Source of the DNA: a virus
DNA: 40,823 nt
Strand: one strand, 5' to 3'
IMG/VR virus record: IMGVR_UViG_3300045988_137387
Both the position numbers and the translations under genes were made by a program. Shown one piece after another: positions 25,036 to 34,585 of the stretch. Within the stretch, counting starts at the first letter, position 1, and each line of letters begins with the position of its first letter. The notes below the pieces were generated by a model, which saw nothing but the letters and a program-made list of their open reading frames with translations, ran no database searches and was not told the origin of the DNA.

Positions 25036-25445
25036 GCCAGCTCCTCCACCTGCACGAACACGCCGCAGATGTCGGCCCAGAACTTCTCGACGATCTCGCT
25101 GCACACCTGGGCGTCGTCGTGCCAGAAGTGCAGGCGGGTCATCTCGTCCTTGAGGGCTTTTTCCAGATTGTCAGTGTCGGGCTTGGAAGTGCGCCAGCTG
25201 CCGTCCGGACGGCCCTCGGCGGGGAACATCCACTTGACCAGCAGACGCACCGGACGGCCCGCCGGGATGGGCTTCTCAGGGGCGTGGGGCGCAAGGTAGG
25301 CGTGGAGCTTGGCACGGGCGGCTTTCAGTTCAGAGCTGTCATGCAGCACGGCGCAGGGCTTGCCGCCCTTCATGTAGGCATGAAGCTCTTTGGCGTTATG
25401 GGTAGTGGTGGGCGGACGCATAGGGATAAAAAACTGTGTGGTCAT
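25032..25445 (-). CDS. rusA: RusA-family Holliday junction resolvase
   Basis: KPDTDNLEKALKDEM...WHDDAQV carries the conserved acidic residues. 137 aa. Confidence 0.8.
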   Translation of the reverse strand: MTTQFFIPMRPPTTTHNAKELHAYMKGGKPCAVLHDSSELKAARAKLHAYLAPHAPEKPIPAGRPVRLLVKWMFPAEGRPDGSWRTSKPDTDNLEKALKDEMTRLHFWHDDAQVCSEIVEKFWADICGVFVQVEELA

Positions 25446-25483
25446 TTCGTACCTCGTTTTCTTTTTTTGTATCAGCGGCCAAC

Positions 25484-25548
25484 GTGATGGGGAGGGTCCC
25501 CGGAGGATGGGGGCTGTGGTCGCCCCATCCTCTGGGATACCCCATCAC
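25484..25548. repeat. Nested GC-rich palindrome containing four GATGGGG/CCCCATC units
   Basis: GTGATGGGG (25484-25492) pairs with CCCCATCAC (25540-25548). GAGGATGGGG (25503-25512) pairs with CCCCATCCTC (25523-25532). Confidence 0.8.
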
Positions 25549-25576
25549 ACATTGCAGTGCAGTCATGCTATTATAT

Positions 25577-25675
25577 ATAGGCTATTTTGCACTGCAAATG
25601 TTGCAGTCATAGCGGCTATTTCTGCAATTTTGCAGTTTTTGCTGTCGTGCAAAATAGCGGCTATTTCTGCATTTT
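25577..25675. repeat. Iteron-like direct repeats (candidate replication origin or regulatory region)
   Basis: ATAGCGGCTATTTCTGCA occurs perfectly at 25609-25626 and 25654-25671. A degenerate copy lies at 25577-25596. TGCAGTCAT motifs repeat, and an AT-rich TTATATATA lies at 25571-25579. Confidence 0.6.
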
Positions 25676-25710
25676 TACAACAAGATGTAATTACAAATAT
25701 AACAGGGCGT

Positions 25711-27945
25711 TTAACCTTTGCTGCCGGGCTCCTTGCGGCCAACCTTCTCGCCGTCGATCCAGAAGCGCCCGTCTTCTTTCAGACGGTTCTTGACGGTGCG
25801 GGGCTTCAGATCCATATACTCGCCGAGGCTGTAGACGGTGACCTCACCGTCCATCATGCAGGCTTCAAAAGCGGTGTCCAGCTCAGCCTTCCTATCCTTG
25901 GACTGCTTGGCCTTGTCACCCCAGCGGCGGCTCGCGCCCTTTGCGCCCAGTGTGCGGAAGTCGCTGTCCGGCTGCAGATCTTCCAGAAGCCCGCTGTCCA
26001 GCTTATGCACCGGATAGTCAAACCAGAGGTTCACCGGGGCAAAGCTTGCAAACTCGCGGAGGGTGCCTTCGATGCGCCAGGCAGTCATGCTGTCGGCTTT
26101 CTTCTGAGCCGCAGCCACTTCGGCGTCGATGGCCCGCAGGTCGGCGAGGCCAAGCTTTTCTTTGGCGATGGTGAGCATCCGGCTCTTGCTGAGGGCGTCA
26201 TCCGGGCCGTAGGCGTCGGCATGGCCGCGCTTATCCAGCATCGCTTTGATGACCCGGCAGGCGGCCTTGTTGTGCAGCTGCTCCCGGATGGCGTCGGTGA
26301 TGGTCAGCTCAGTCATGTCCAGCATGGCATCCGGGTCGCGGGCAAACACGCCGGAGCCGGATGCTCTGTCCATGCTGCGCTTGCCGCCCTGCGCACCCTT
26401 GGAATGATGGTGGCAGTAGATGACGGCGCAGTCCAGCGCGCGGCAGACCACATCGAACTGGTTGCAGAATTTCGCCATCTGGTCGGCGCTGTTCTCGTCG
26501 CCGGTGATGACCTTGTAGATGGGGTCGAGGATGACGGCAGTGTAGCCCTTTTTGCCTGCCCGGCGGATGAGCTTGGGGGCAAGCTTGTCCATCGGGACAG
26601 ATGCGCCGCGCAGGTTCCAGATGTCAATGTTCCGCAGATTGTCCGGCGCAAGGCCCATCGCGGTATAGACGTCCTTGAAGCGGTGCAGGCAGGACGGCCT
26701 ATCAAGTTCCAGATTGATATAAAGTACACGCCCCTGCGCACAGGAGAAGCGGCCCAGCCACGTCTTGCCCTCGGCGATGGCGATGCACAGCTCGATGAGG
26801 GCGAAGCTCTTGCCCGCCTTGGAGGGGCCTGCCAGCAGCATCTTGTGGCCCTGGCGCAGTACGCCGGAGATGAGGGCATCGGCCAGCGGGGGCAGGTCGT
26901 CCCAGTCGTCGGCCAGACATTCGGTGTCGGGCAGGTCATCGGTGCAGGCCTCCACCCAGTCGCACCAGTCCTCCCAGCAGCTTTTGCCGACATTCGTTTC
27001 AAGCAGAGCCTGTTTCTGCCCCGCCCGCAGGATGCCGGGCATCCGGGAGAGGCGGGAAGGGTTGCGGTTCTGCTGGTCGAGGGTCAGACCGTTCTTCTGG
27101 CAGGTGGCGTAGAGGTAATCGACCCGCTTGCGGTACTCAGCATAATCCGGCGCGTTGACCCGGACGATGGCGTGGATGCTCTTGCCGCCGGAGTAGACCA
27201 GCGCGGCGCAGGGCAGCTCCATCTGGTGGATAGCGGCCAGCTGCTTGCCGGGCTCCATGTTGTCGCACTCCACGAGGGCGTAGCGGTAGCTGGTGACATT
27301 GGCATCCTTCCGGCCTGTGCCGTCCACCGGGTTGAAGCAGATCCATGCACCGATTTCCGGGTCGCAGTCGCCCATGACCTTGCCGACGTCGCCGCCGCAG
27401 GCGTCCAGCTCTTCGATGAGCTGCCCGGCAGTTCTGTCCCAGCAGCCTTTCGCCGGGCGTCGGCGGTCGGCGGCCATGAAGCTCTCGGTGACATAGGCCA
27501 CATACTCGTCCGGCTCGAAGAGGGCCTGCAGGTAGCGTTTGAGTTGCTGGGCAGGCTCCCATGTGTCGGGAAGGTGAAGCTCCTGCTCTTCGACCCAGCG
27601 GGGGTCTACCAGTGCGGGCTGCTGCGGGCCGACGGTCAGCTCATCGCCCCAGTCCAGCGCATGGCCTGCAGGGCCGGACCAGCCGTGCTCATAGGCCAGC
27701 TGGAAGATGCTGCTCTGGGTGACGGGCTTCGAGCTGCCGTGGAAACTCTCCCATTTTTTGATGCACTCGCCCTTGTGATACCGCCCGCCGTCCCGGGCGC
27801 TCCACTGCTCCCACACGGCGACGGGCAGACCGGCTTCTTTCAGGCCCATGCCCACCATGAGCCATTCTTCATAGGTCAGGGCGGACGGGGAGACGAAGTC
27901 CAGCGCTTCTTTGATGTCATCTTCATGTTCCATTCGCATTACCAT
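25711..27945 (-). CDS. Primase-helicase (primase C-terminal-2-like N-terminus, primase core, RepA/AAA_25-like P-loop ATPase)
   Basis: Primase-like core YALVECDN...LVYSGGKSIHAIVRV...NPSRLSRMPG. Walker A LLAGPSKAGKSF. 744 aa. Confidence 0.7.
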   Translation of the reverse strand: MVMRMEHEDDIKEALDFVSPSALTYEEWLMVGMGLKEAGLPVAVWEQWSARDGGRYHKGECIKKWESFHGSSKPVTQSSIFQLAYEHGWSGPAGHALDWGDELTVGPQQPALVDPRWVEEQELHLPDTWEPAQQLKRYLQALFEPDEYVAYVTESFMAADRRRPAKGCWDRTAGQLIEELDACGGDVGKVMGDCDPEIGAWICFNPVDGTGRKDANVTSYRYALVECDNMEPGKQLAAIHQMELPCAALVYSGGKSIHAIVRVNAPDYAEYRKRVDYLYATCQKNGLTLDQQNRNPSRLSRMPGILRAGQKQALLETNVGKSCWEDWCDWVEACTDDLPDTECLADDWDDLPPLADALISGVLRQGHKMLLAGPSKAGKSFALIELCIAIAEGKTWLGRFSCAQGRVLYINLELDRPSCLHRFKDVYTAMGLAPDNLRNIDIWNLRGASVPMDKLAPKLIRRAGKKGYTAVILDPIYKVITGDENSADQMAKFCNQFDVVCRALDCAVIYCHHHSKGAQGGKRSMDRASGSGVFARDPDAMLDMTELTITDAIREQLHNKAACRVIKAMLDKRGHADAYGPDDALSKSRMLTIAKEKLGLADLRAIDAEVAAAQKKADSMTAWRIEGTLREFASFAPVNLWFDYPVHKLDSGLLEDLQPDSDFRTLGAKGASRRWGDKAKQSKDRKAELDTAFEACMMDGEVTVYSLGEYMDLKPRTVKNRLKEDGRFWIDGEKVGRKEPGSKG

Positions 27946-29570
27946 ATAAACATATCATCTGCGATGACCGGCTCAGCAGACGGGATATAGTTCTTGGGGT
28001 CAACGCCCTTCGGCGCGCCCCGCCAGCCGCCGGCGGCAATGCGGTCTATCATGTGCCGTGCGGCCTCGAAGCTCCACGTGCCGACGTGCTGGAAGCCGTA
28101 TTTCTCCAGGCAGCGTATCTGCTTTGGGGTGGTCAGGCCCTCGTCCCGGCGCTTGCTGAGACGATCGAGCAGGAGAGACGCTTTGCCCGCAGACTCCACG
28201 GCGTCGGGCAGGATGCCCAGTTTTTCCAGTGCAGCAGTCTGTTCTGCGCTGGGCGGGCCAGCCTCCCAGCCAAAGGCCGGCACATAGCCGGAGAGATCTT
28301 CGGCCTGAATGCTCATCTCGTATTGCAGCGGGTCAACGAGCTTCGCCTTTTTGCGGCGCTGTTCTTCCAGCTGCTTGGCAAGCGCCTCTTCGCGCTGGGC
28401 CACCACATCCTCGCTGGCCTGTGCGGCGGCGTCCTCAATATCCTGCGGCCCGCCGCTCTCGGCCAGATTGTCGGTCATCTGCCGGGCCACGGCACGGTCC
28501 TCACAGACGAGGTCGGCGGGGCGGCACAGCTCGTGCTTGTCGGTCATCCAGAGAAAATCTAGCAAAAGCAGATCGCTCTTGCCCGGGGAGAGGCGAGTGC
28601 CGCGTCCCACCATCTGGCTGTAGAGGCTGCGCACCTTCGTGGGCCGCAGCACGACGACGCAGTCCACCGAGGGGCAGTCCCAACCTTCCGTCAGCAGCAT
28701 GGAGTTGCAGAGCACGTTGTACTTGTCGGCTTCGAAATCCGAAAGCACCTGTCTGCGGTCGGCGCTCCGGCCGTTGACCTCGGCGGCGCGAAAGCCTTTG
28801 GTGTTCAGCAGATCGCGGAATTTCTGGCTCGTCTTGATGAGGGGCAGGAACACCACCGTTTTGCGCCCGGCACAGCGTGCTGCCATTTCGTCAGCAATTT
28901 GGCTCAGGTAAGGGTCAAGAGCAGTGCCAAGCTCGCCTACGGAATAATCGCCGCTGCTCATGCCCACGGCGGAGATGTCCAGCTTGAGGGGGACGGTCTG
29001 GGCCATGATGCGGCAGAGGTAGCCGTCTTTGATGGCATCGGTCAGTTTGTACTCATAGGCCAAGCTGTCGAACACCTCGCCGAGGTTTCGCATATCGCCC
29101 CGGTCGGGGGTAGCGGTCACGCCCAGGACCTTCGCACTGCCGAAGTAGTCGAGGATGCGGCGGTAGCCGTCGGTGATGGAATGGTGGGCCTCGTCGATGA
29201 TGATAGTCCCGAAGTAGTCCCGAGGAAAGCGCTCGAGTCGTGCCGGCCGCTGTAAGGTCTGGACAGAGCCGACCACCACCCGATACCAGCTGTCGAGGCA
29301 GGTGGACTCGGCTTTTTCCACCGCGCTGACGAGGCCGGTGGAGCGCTGAAGCTTGTCTGCCGCCTGTTCCAGCAGCTCGCCCCGGTGGGCGAGGATGAGC
29401 ACCCGGTCGCCCGCCCGCACCTGATCGGCGGCGACGGAGGCGAACACGATGGTCTTGCCGGTGCCGGTGGGCAGCACCAGCAGGGTGCGGAGACGGCCAT
29501 TTTCCCACTCGGTGTGGATGCTCTTCCGGGCGGCTTCCTGATAGGGGCGCAGAGCCTGTTTTTCTCCCAT
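27939..29570 (-). CDS. SF2 DEAD/DEAH-box helicase
   Basis: Motif I LPTGTGKT, motif II IIIDEAHH, motif III TATP. Confidence 0.8.
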   Translation of the reverse strand: MGEKQALRPYQEAARKSIHTEWENGRLRTLLVLPTGTGKTIVFASVAADQVRAGDRVLILAHRGELLEQAADKLQRSTGLVSAVEKAESTCLDSWYRVVVGSVQTLQRPARLERFPRDYFGTIIIDEAHHSITDGYRRILDYFGSAKVLGVTATPDRGDMRNLGEVFDSLAYEYKLTDAIKDGYLCRIMAQTVPLKLDISAVGMSSGDYSVGELGTALDPYLSQIADEMAARCAGRKTVVFLPLIKTSQKFRDLLNTKGFRAAEVNGRSADRRQVLSDFEADKYNVLCNSMLLTEGWDCPSVDCVVVLRPTKVRSLYSQMVGRGTRLSPGKSDLLLLDFLWMTDKHELCRPADLVCEDRAVARQMTDNLAESGGPQDIEDAAAQASEDVVAQREEALAKQLEEQRRKKAKLVDPLQYEMSIQAEDLSGYVPAFGWEAGPPSAEQTAALEKLGILPDAVESAGKASLLLDRLSKRRDEGLTTPKQIRCLEKYGFQHVGTWSFEAARHMIDRIAAGGWRGAPKGVDPKNYIPSAEPVIADDMFIW

Positions 29571-30049
29571 CAGAATGCCCCCTGCGTCCAGCCCTGAGAG
29601 GGCGCGGCTTTCTCTTCAGGCGGCGGCAGGAAGCGGATGACTTCATTGCTCTGGCCGGGGTCGCCGCTCTTCTTGACGTAATCGTGGACGCCCAGCTTGC
29701 AGCGGCCTTTGGCGCCGACGACCTCGTTCCAGCGGGGGCGGAAGGTGTCACCCTTCCTGCACTGGCCGATGCTCTCGAAGAACGCGCCCAGCAGGCCCTG
29801 GGTCTTGGTGTGGAGGTAGAGGCGGTGGGTGACGGTGGTATCGCCCAGAGCGCCGCCGAAGATCTTCAGCGTCAGCTTTGCCATCGAGCAGGGCGGCAGT
29901 TTGGCGCTGCCCTCGAAGCGGGCGCGCTCCATCCCGGTGACTTCAAAATAGTATTCGCCCTCGGGCAGGAGCACGAAGTCCTGCGAGACGTTGGTAAATT
30001 CGTCGTCCCAGCCAAGAGCGCGGTCGGTAGTGGTATTCATGTCAGCCAT
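29570..30049 (-). CDS. DUF669-like protein (putative ssDNA-binding)
   Basis: 159 aa. The position between the AAA_24-like ATPase and the helicase is the canonical module order. The C-terminal tail reads AAPSQGWTQGAF. Confidence 0.55.
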   Translation of the reverse strand: MADMNTTTDRALGWDDEFTNVSQDFVLLPEGEYYFEVTGMERARFEGSAKLPPCSMAKLTLKIFGGALGDTTVTHRLYLHTKTQGLLGAFFESIGQCRKGDTFRPRWNEVVGAKGRCKLGVHDYVKKSGDPGQSNEVIRFLPPPEEKAAPSQGWTQGAF

Positions 30050-30136
30050 AAGTATTCTCCTTTATAATAATGTGTGAACCTCTCAGTCTGCCTGCGGCAG
30101 CCAGCTCCCCTGTCAGGGGAGCCTAAGAGGAAGAAA

Positions 30137-31234
30137 TCAGAAAGGCAGGTCCCGGTTGTCCAGCACCATCTGAAGCACCTGCGGCCATGCGGCCACGAGA
30201 CAGCCCTCCACAAAGTCGGCGGGGTAGTCCCGGATGGGCATATCTTCCGGGAAATAGCCCCGCTTGCCCACAACGAACTGCAATTCTTCGGGGGTGACGT
30301 TGTTGGCACTCATCAGCGCGGCCAGCTTTTCGGGGACGCCCAGCGCCATGAGGTCGGGCGTCAGCAGGGCTTCGGGGACAGTCTCCCGGGGCGATTCCGG
30401 CTGAGGCTTGGGCTGCGGTGCCGGTGCGGCCGGTGCGCTGGGAGGGGGAAGAAGGTCCTTTTCGGCGGGTGCTGCGGGCTTCGGGGCGGCAGGCGGCGCA
30501 GAGGCCGGACCGGTGATGCAGTGGGCGATGCTGGCGTAGTCGAAGGGGACTTCATCGGGCAGGCCGAAGCGGTTCTTGGCGTCCCAGCAGGCGTGGTGGG
30601 TGGTGTAGAGCACCCGTTTGCCGCCGGTGGCTTTGTTCTTGGCGTTGGGGCTGCTGCCGCTCTTTTCTACGATGGTCTGGTAGTTGGCGAAGAGGAGCAT
30701 ATCGCACCACTCCCGTAGGAGGGGTTCAGTCTGCTTGGTGGTCTTCATGGTCCAGCGGTCATAACTGCCCGCCGCGTCCGGCTGCTCGAACTTGGTGATG
30801 GCGGCGTGGGCGAGGATCAGCACATGGTGGCCGCTGTTCAGCACCTCCTCGAGGGCGTCGAGAAGTCGGCCGAACTCCTCCTTTACGTAGGTGTAACCCT
30901 TGCCGTAGCCGAAGCCCTCGAGGCCGTCCACCTTGGCTTTGGCGCAGATGGCGTCGATGGCCAGACGCTCGGCCCAGTCGGCGGTGTCGATGACCAGCGT
31001 ACCGCAGGGGATTTCGCCCCGGGTGACGGCCCGCACCTCGTCCAGCAGCATGGCCCAGCTGGTGGGCTGGGGCAGGCGGGCAACATTGAGCCGTTTGGTG
31101 CCGCCCTCGGTGTCGATGAAAACGGGGTTCGGGAAGTGAGAGGCAAATGTGCTCTTGCCGATGCCCTCGGGGCCGTACAGTACGACCTTGACCGGGGTGT
31201 TCAAAATGCCGGTGGTGATGGAATAGCTGCTCAT
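30137..31234 (-). CDS. AAA_24-family RecA-like ATPase (Sak4-like)
   Basis: Start moved to the ATG at 31234 (ATGA overlap). Walker A YGPEGIGKST. LVIDT and NYQT motifs are present. A Pro/Ala-rich linker leads to an extra C-terminal domain ending in DLPF. Confidence 0.7.
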   Translation of the reverse strand: MSSYSITTGILNTPVKVVLYGPEGIGKSTFASHFPNPVFIDTEGGTKRLNVARLPQPTSWAMLLDEVRAVTRGEIPCGTLVIDTADWAERLAIDAICAKAKVDGLEGFGYGKGYTYVKEEFGRLLDALEEVLNSGHHVLILAHAAITKFEQPDAAGSYDRWTMKTTKQTEPLLREWCDMLLFANYQTIVEKSGSSPNAKNKATGGKRVLYTTHHACWDAKNRFGLPDEVPFDYASIAHCITGPASAPPAAPKPAAPAEKDLLPPPSAPAAPAPQPKPQPESPRETVPEALLTPDLMALGVPEKLAALMSANNVTPEELQFVVGKRGYFPEDMPIRDYPADFVEGCLVAAWPQVLQMVLDNRDLPF

Positions 31235-32559
31235 CAGAAAGCTCCTTTCGTCCATGTTCTGGTCTGCGTGGGTGCGGCGGACAGGACAGGCAGGTCAGCA
31301 CCCTTGACCATGCCGTCCTCAATGATGATCTGGCACTCGCTGCCGGTGGAGACGCGGGTGGCGATGGCCTGCAGGCCCTCCGCTTCGAGCCAGTGTCCGA
31401 ACTCTTCCAGCGTGGTCATGTCCATCTGCTCGAGCTTGTCCAGAAGGACAAAGCCGCAGTCCGGGTTGAGCCGCCGGACGATGGCCGCGGCCACCCGGAG
31501 CTGGTCGCTGCCGGACATATCCCGCCAGCGCTTGCCTTTATAAGTAAGAGCGCCGTCCTCCACACTCAGCTCCGGCAGGGGCAGGTCGGCACCGTTCAGC
31601 AGGGCCAGACGCTCTTTGCGCTTCTGCTCGATGGCATCCGTAAGCTTGTCGTAGTCGCTGGCGTACTTGGCGGCTTCGTCCTCGGCGCGGGCTTTTTCGA
31701 GGTTGACCCGGACTTTCCGGTTCGTCTCCTCAATGCTCTGGATAGAGGCTTCCAGTTCGGCAGTGGATCCGTCCTGAAGCTGGTCAACGGTCTTTTCTGC
31801 ATTTTTTCGCTGGTTGAACAGCTTGGTGTGCTTGGTGTCCAGCTCTTCCCGCAGCTTTTCCAGTTCCTCAATGCGCTCACGGGTGCGTTTCAGTTCGTCC
31901 AGACACTGTTGTTCCTGCCGGGCCAACTCCTGCGCCTGCTGCCGCAGACGCTGATTCTCCCCGTTCCGGGCCAGAATATCCTGCTGCTGGCGGATAAGGT
32001 CAGAGGCGCTGAGAGGCTGTTCGGGAGCATCGGGGTAGGAGATAAGCTCGTCGGCAAAGTTCTTTTTCTGCTGGGCCAGCTGGCCGGTGAAGGTGCGCTT
32101 GTCGTAGATGCTTTTGATCTCCATATCCCGGAGATGCAATTCATTCCCGATGCCGATGATACGCAGCAGGATGTCAGCCTTTTCCTTGTCGCTGGCCTCC
32201 ATGAAGCGGGGCAGATCGAGGGCCAGCGGCTCGACAAAAGCATTCAGCAGCTGCTGGCCGCTGCGGCGGCCGGTGGGGTCGGTGACGGTGAGGCTGCTGT
32301 TCTTGCCCTTGCGCTCCACAACGACCCCGTTGGAGAGAGTGACGCGGAGGTGGGCGGGAGCGACGGCACCATCCCGCTGGGCGGCGTTCGGGCGGAATTT
32401 TTCGCCGCCAAGCGCCCATGCCAGCGCGTCGAGAACGCTGGTCTTGCCCTGATTGTTGTTGCCGCCTACGAGGGTGAGACCGGTGGGCGCAGGAGTGAGC
32501 GCAACGGCCTTGATGCGCTTGACGTTTTCGGCCTCGAGGGCCGTGATCTTTACAGACAT
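31234..32559 (-). CDS. SbcC/Rad50-like AAA ATPase with a coiled-coil insert
   Basis: N-terminus LEAENVKRIKAV...GGNNNQGKTSVLDALAWALGG, a long coiled coil, then a Walker B-like FVLLDKLE. The C-terminal tail reads AAPTQTRTWTKGAF. Confidence 0.7.
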   Translation of the reverse strand: MSVKITALEAENVKRIKAVALTPAPTGLTLVGGNNNQGKTSVLDALAWALGGEKFRPNAAQRDGAVAPAHLRVTLSNGVVVERKGKNSSLTVTDPTGRRSGQQLLNAFVEPLALDLPRFMEASDKEKADILLRIIGIGNELHLRDMEIKSIYDKRTFTGQLAQQKKNFADELISYPDAPEQPLSASDLIRQQQDILARNGENQRLRQQAQELARQEQQCLDELKRTRERIEELEKLREELDTKHTKLFNQRKNAEKTVDQLQDGSTAELEASIQSIEETNRKVRVNLEKARAEDEAAKYASDYDKLTDAIEQKRKERLALLNGADLPLPELSVEDGALTYKGKRWRDMSGSDQLRVAAAIVRRLNPDCGFVLLDKLEQMDMTTLEEFGHWLEAEGLQAIATRVSTGSECQIIIEDGMVKGADLPVLSAAPTQTRTWTKGAF

Positions 32560-34292
32560 CTGGATACCTCCCCTTGAATCTGTCCTAATGTGCGTACGAA
32601 CTGATCGATCGCGTTTTCCCGCTGTTCACCCGGCAGCTTGCCGAACAGCGGCTTTATGGACTGCGCGAGATTTGTGATGGAGCGGCCGGCCAGAAGGATG
32701 CTGTCGTAGGCGTCGCGGGCGTCCTGCTCCTGTGTGGCTTTGTAATCGGCGGTCATGCCGTCGGCCATTTCCTTGGCCTGCCGGACGACTTCGTCCTTGT
32801 CCACCACAGCTACGATGGGCTGCTTCCGGGCGGCTTCGGCCTCGGATCTCCACTTGTCGGCGTGACGCTTGGCCGCTTCGGCTACCTGACGGGAGCCTTC
32901 CAGCTGGCTCTCGGCGGTTTTGGCACGCTGCTCGGCCTTGGTCTGCATCTTCCATGCTTCCTCTTCCCGGGCTTCGGCGGCGTCTAACCGGCTTTTGAGC
33001 TGATCGTTCTGTTCGGTCAGACCTTTAATGTCGGCGTGGGCGGCTTCCAGCTGAGCATTGGCGGTGTTCATTGCGTCCCGCGACTCCTGCTCCTGAATGC
33101 AGGCGCTCTTCAATCTGGCCTGCGTTTCGTTCAGCTTGTACTCTTTGGCCTTGAGCTGGGCTAAAAGCTCCTGCACCCGCTGGCTGTCTCCGGCGGCTTC
33201 GACCAGCTGCCCAGCGCAGCCGCTGCGGGCGATGAGGTTCAAATCTTTGCGGGTCAGCTCGGGCAGCTGTTTTAATTCCGCCAAGTTGGCGGAATTAAAA
33301 GCTTCGCCGTTCTGAATCATCCGCCGGACGCTTCCTTCGCCTAACCCCTTGCTCTCATACCACTTTGTCCATGTACCGCCGCCATACCGGCCGGCCTTGG
33401 CAGTCAGAGCGTGGATCCGGGCGAGGTAGATGCAGGAAATCAGATACTCGTCCTGCGCTGCGCCATAGTGCAGATCAAACTGCTGATCGGCGTCTGCGGC
33501 CTGCTGGGACAAATCGCCCAGAGCGGAGAAGTCAAAGGTGGGGACAGCTGCGGATGCAAAAGAAGTCTCCGCAGGAACAACAGGGGCCGATGCGCTGCTC
33601 TGCGGGGACAGCGCGGGGGTCAAGCCGTTTGCAGCCGCCTCGCTCGCCGAGGTGGTCGGTATTGCCGCCGCCGAACTGCTGGCAGCAGGGCTTGTCATGG
33701 TCGCAGCAGCATCCGCATTCTGGGCAGGTGTACATGAGAAAATCTCCTTTGCTTTTTTGATGTCAGCAAGAATCTTTTCCATTTCCTGCTGCGGTGTCAT
33801 GTCCTTGCGGCTTCCATCCGGATCGAAAAAGCGGGCGAACAAAGCTGCCTTGGCAGCAATGCCCTTTTTGTTGGAAGCGCAGACGAATGTACAGCAGTAG
33901 CGGCCATTGTGGGAGTAATCAGTGGGGCGAATCTCGTCTTGAGAAAAGCCGCCAGTGAGTTCGCCCAGAGGGAAAGTATCTTTGACCCATGCACTGATCT
34001 GTTCCAGGAAGCCGAAATCCAGGCTGACCACAGAGCAGGTGCATTTGTCTTTGGTCGAGCCGATAAAGTGGGAGTCATATGAGAGCGTTCTGCTCGTCCG
34101 ACATTCGTAGCCCTTAATATCCTGCACGAAACGCTTGGCAGCCTCGTCCCACTTGTTGCCGCCCCACGGCATGGCGTAGGGACAGCCATAGCATTCATGG
34201 CCCGGACCATATCCTTCCAGACGATTGCCGGTATTGTCGGCGCTGCCGGATTTCTGCACTCTCTGCCCACACTTGCAGATATAGGTAGTCAC
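32550..34292 (-). CDS. Large early protein: Cys-rich N-terminal domain, low-complexity linker, DUF3102-like region, coiled coil
   Basis: 580 aa. The N-terminus has CxC and CxxC clusters. The central part WTKWYESKGLGEGSVRRMIQNGEAF resembles DUF3102. The C-terminal 200 aa are a heptad-rich coiled coil. Confidence 0.55.
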   Translation of the reverse strand: MTTYICKCGQRVQKSGSADNTGNRLEGYGPGHECYGCPYAMPWGGNKWDEAAKRFVQDIKGYECRTSRTLSYDSHFIGSTKDKCTCSVVSLDFGFLEQISAWVKDTFPLGELTGGFSQDEIRPTDYSHNGRYCCTFVCASNKKGIAAKAALFARFFDPDGSRKDMTPQQEMEKILADIKKAKEIFSCTPAQNADAAATMTSPAASSSAAAIPTTSASEAAANGLTPALSPQSSASAPVVPAETSFASAAVPTFDFSALGDLSQQAADADQQFDLHYGAAQDEYLISCIYLARIHALTAKAGRYGGGTWTKWYESKGLGEGSVRRMIQNGEAFNSANLAELKQLPELTRKDLNLIARSGCAGQLVEAAGDSQRVQELLAQLKAKEYKLNETQARLKSACIQEQESRDAMNTANAQLEAAHADIKGLTEQNDQLKSRLDAAEAREEEAWKMQTKAEQRAKTAESQLEGSRQVAEAAKRHADKWRSEAEAARKQPIVAVVDKDEVVRQAKEMADGMTADYKATQEQDARDAYDSILLAGRSITNLAQSIKPLFGKLPGEQRENAIDQFVRTLGQIQGEVSRCL

Positions 34293-34585
34293 ACTCTCAC
34301 CTCTGTGTCTTTCAGGCGGTCAAGCATCTCGGCCTGCAGGGCTTTGCTCAGGGGCTGGAAGCGGTTATTCCGCCAGCCGTAGCAGAGGATGGTGCCATAG
34401 ATGGGCTGGCCGCGATAAGTACGGTTCAGGCCCTTGCCGTAGATGGCGTACACCAGCACCGCAGGGGTGCGGGGCAGCACGATCATCTCGCAGGGGGTGC
34501 CTAGCCGGTTCTCAATGGCCCACAGGCTGTCGGGAAGGGATGCAATCACCGGGGCCTTGCCCGGTTCGGCTAAAATACCTTTCAT
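34289..34585 (-). CDS. DUF3846-like protein
   Basis: Start moved to the ATG at 34585 (MKGILAEPGKAPVIASLPDSLWAIENRLG...). The pattern resembles DUF3846. The track ORF has a 29-aa extension with no RBS. Confidence 0.5.
   Translation of the reverse strand: MKGILAEPGKAPVIASLPDSLWAIENRLGTPCEMIVLPRTPAVLVYAIYGKGLNRTYRGQPIYGTILCYGWRNNRFQPLSKALQAEMLDRLKDTEVRV

Noticed and set aside
25577-25675. Possible CRISPR array or minimal repeat-spacer structure
   Set aside because: There are only two perfect 18-bp copies plus one degenerate copy. No cas genes are present and the repeats are not typical CRISPR repeats. An iteron or origin reading fits better. No CRISPR array was seen anywhere in the window.
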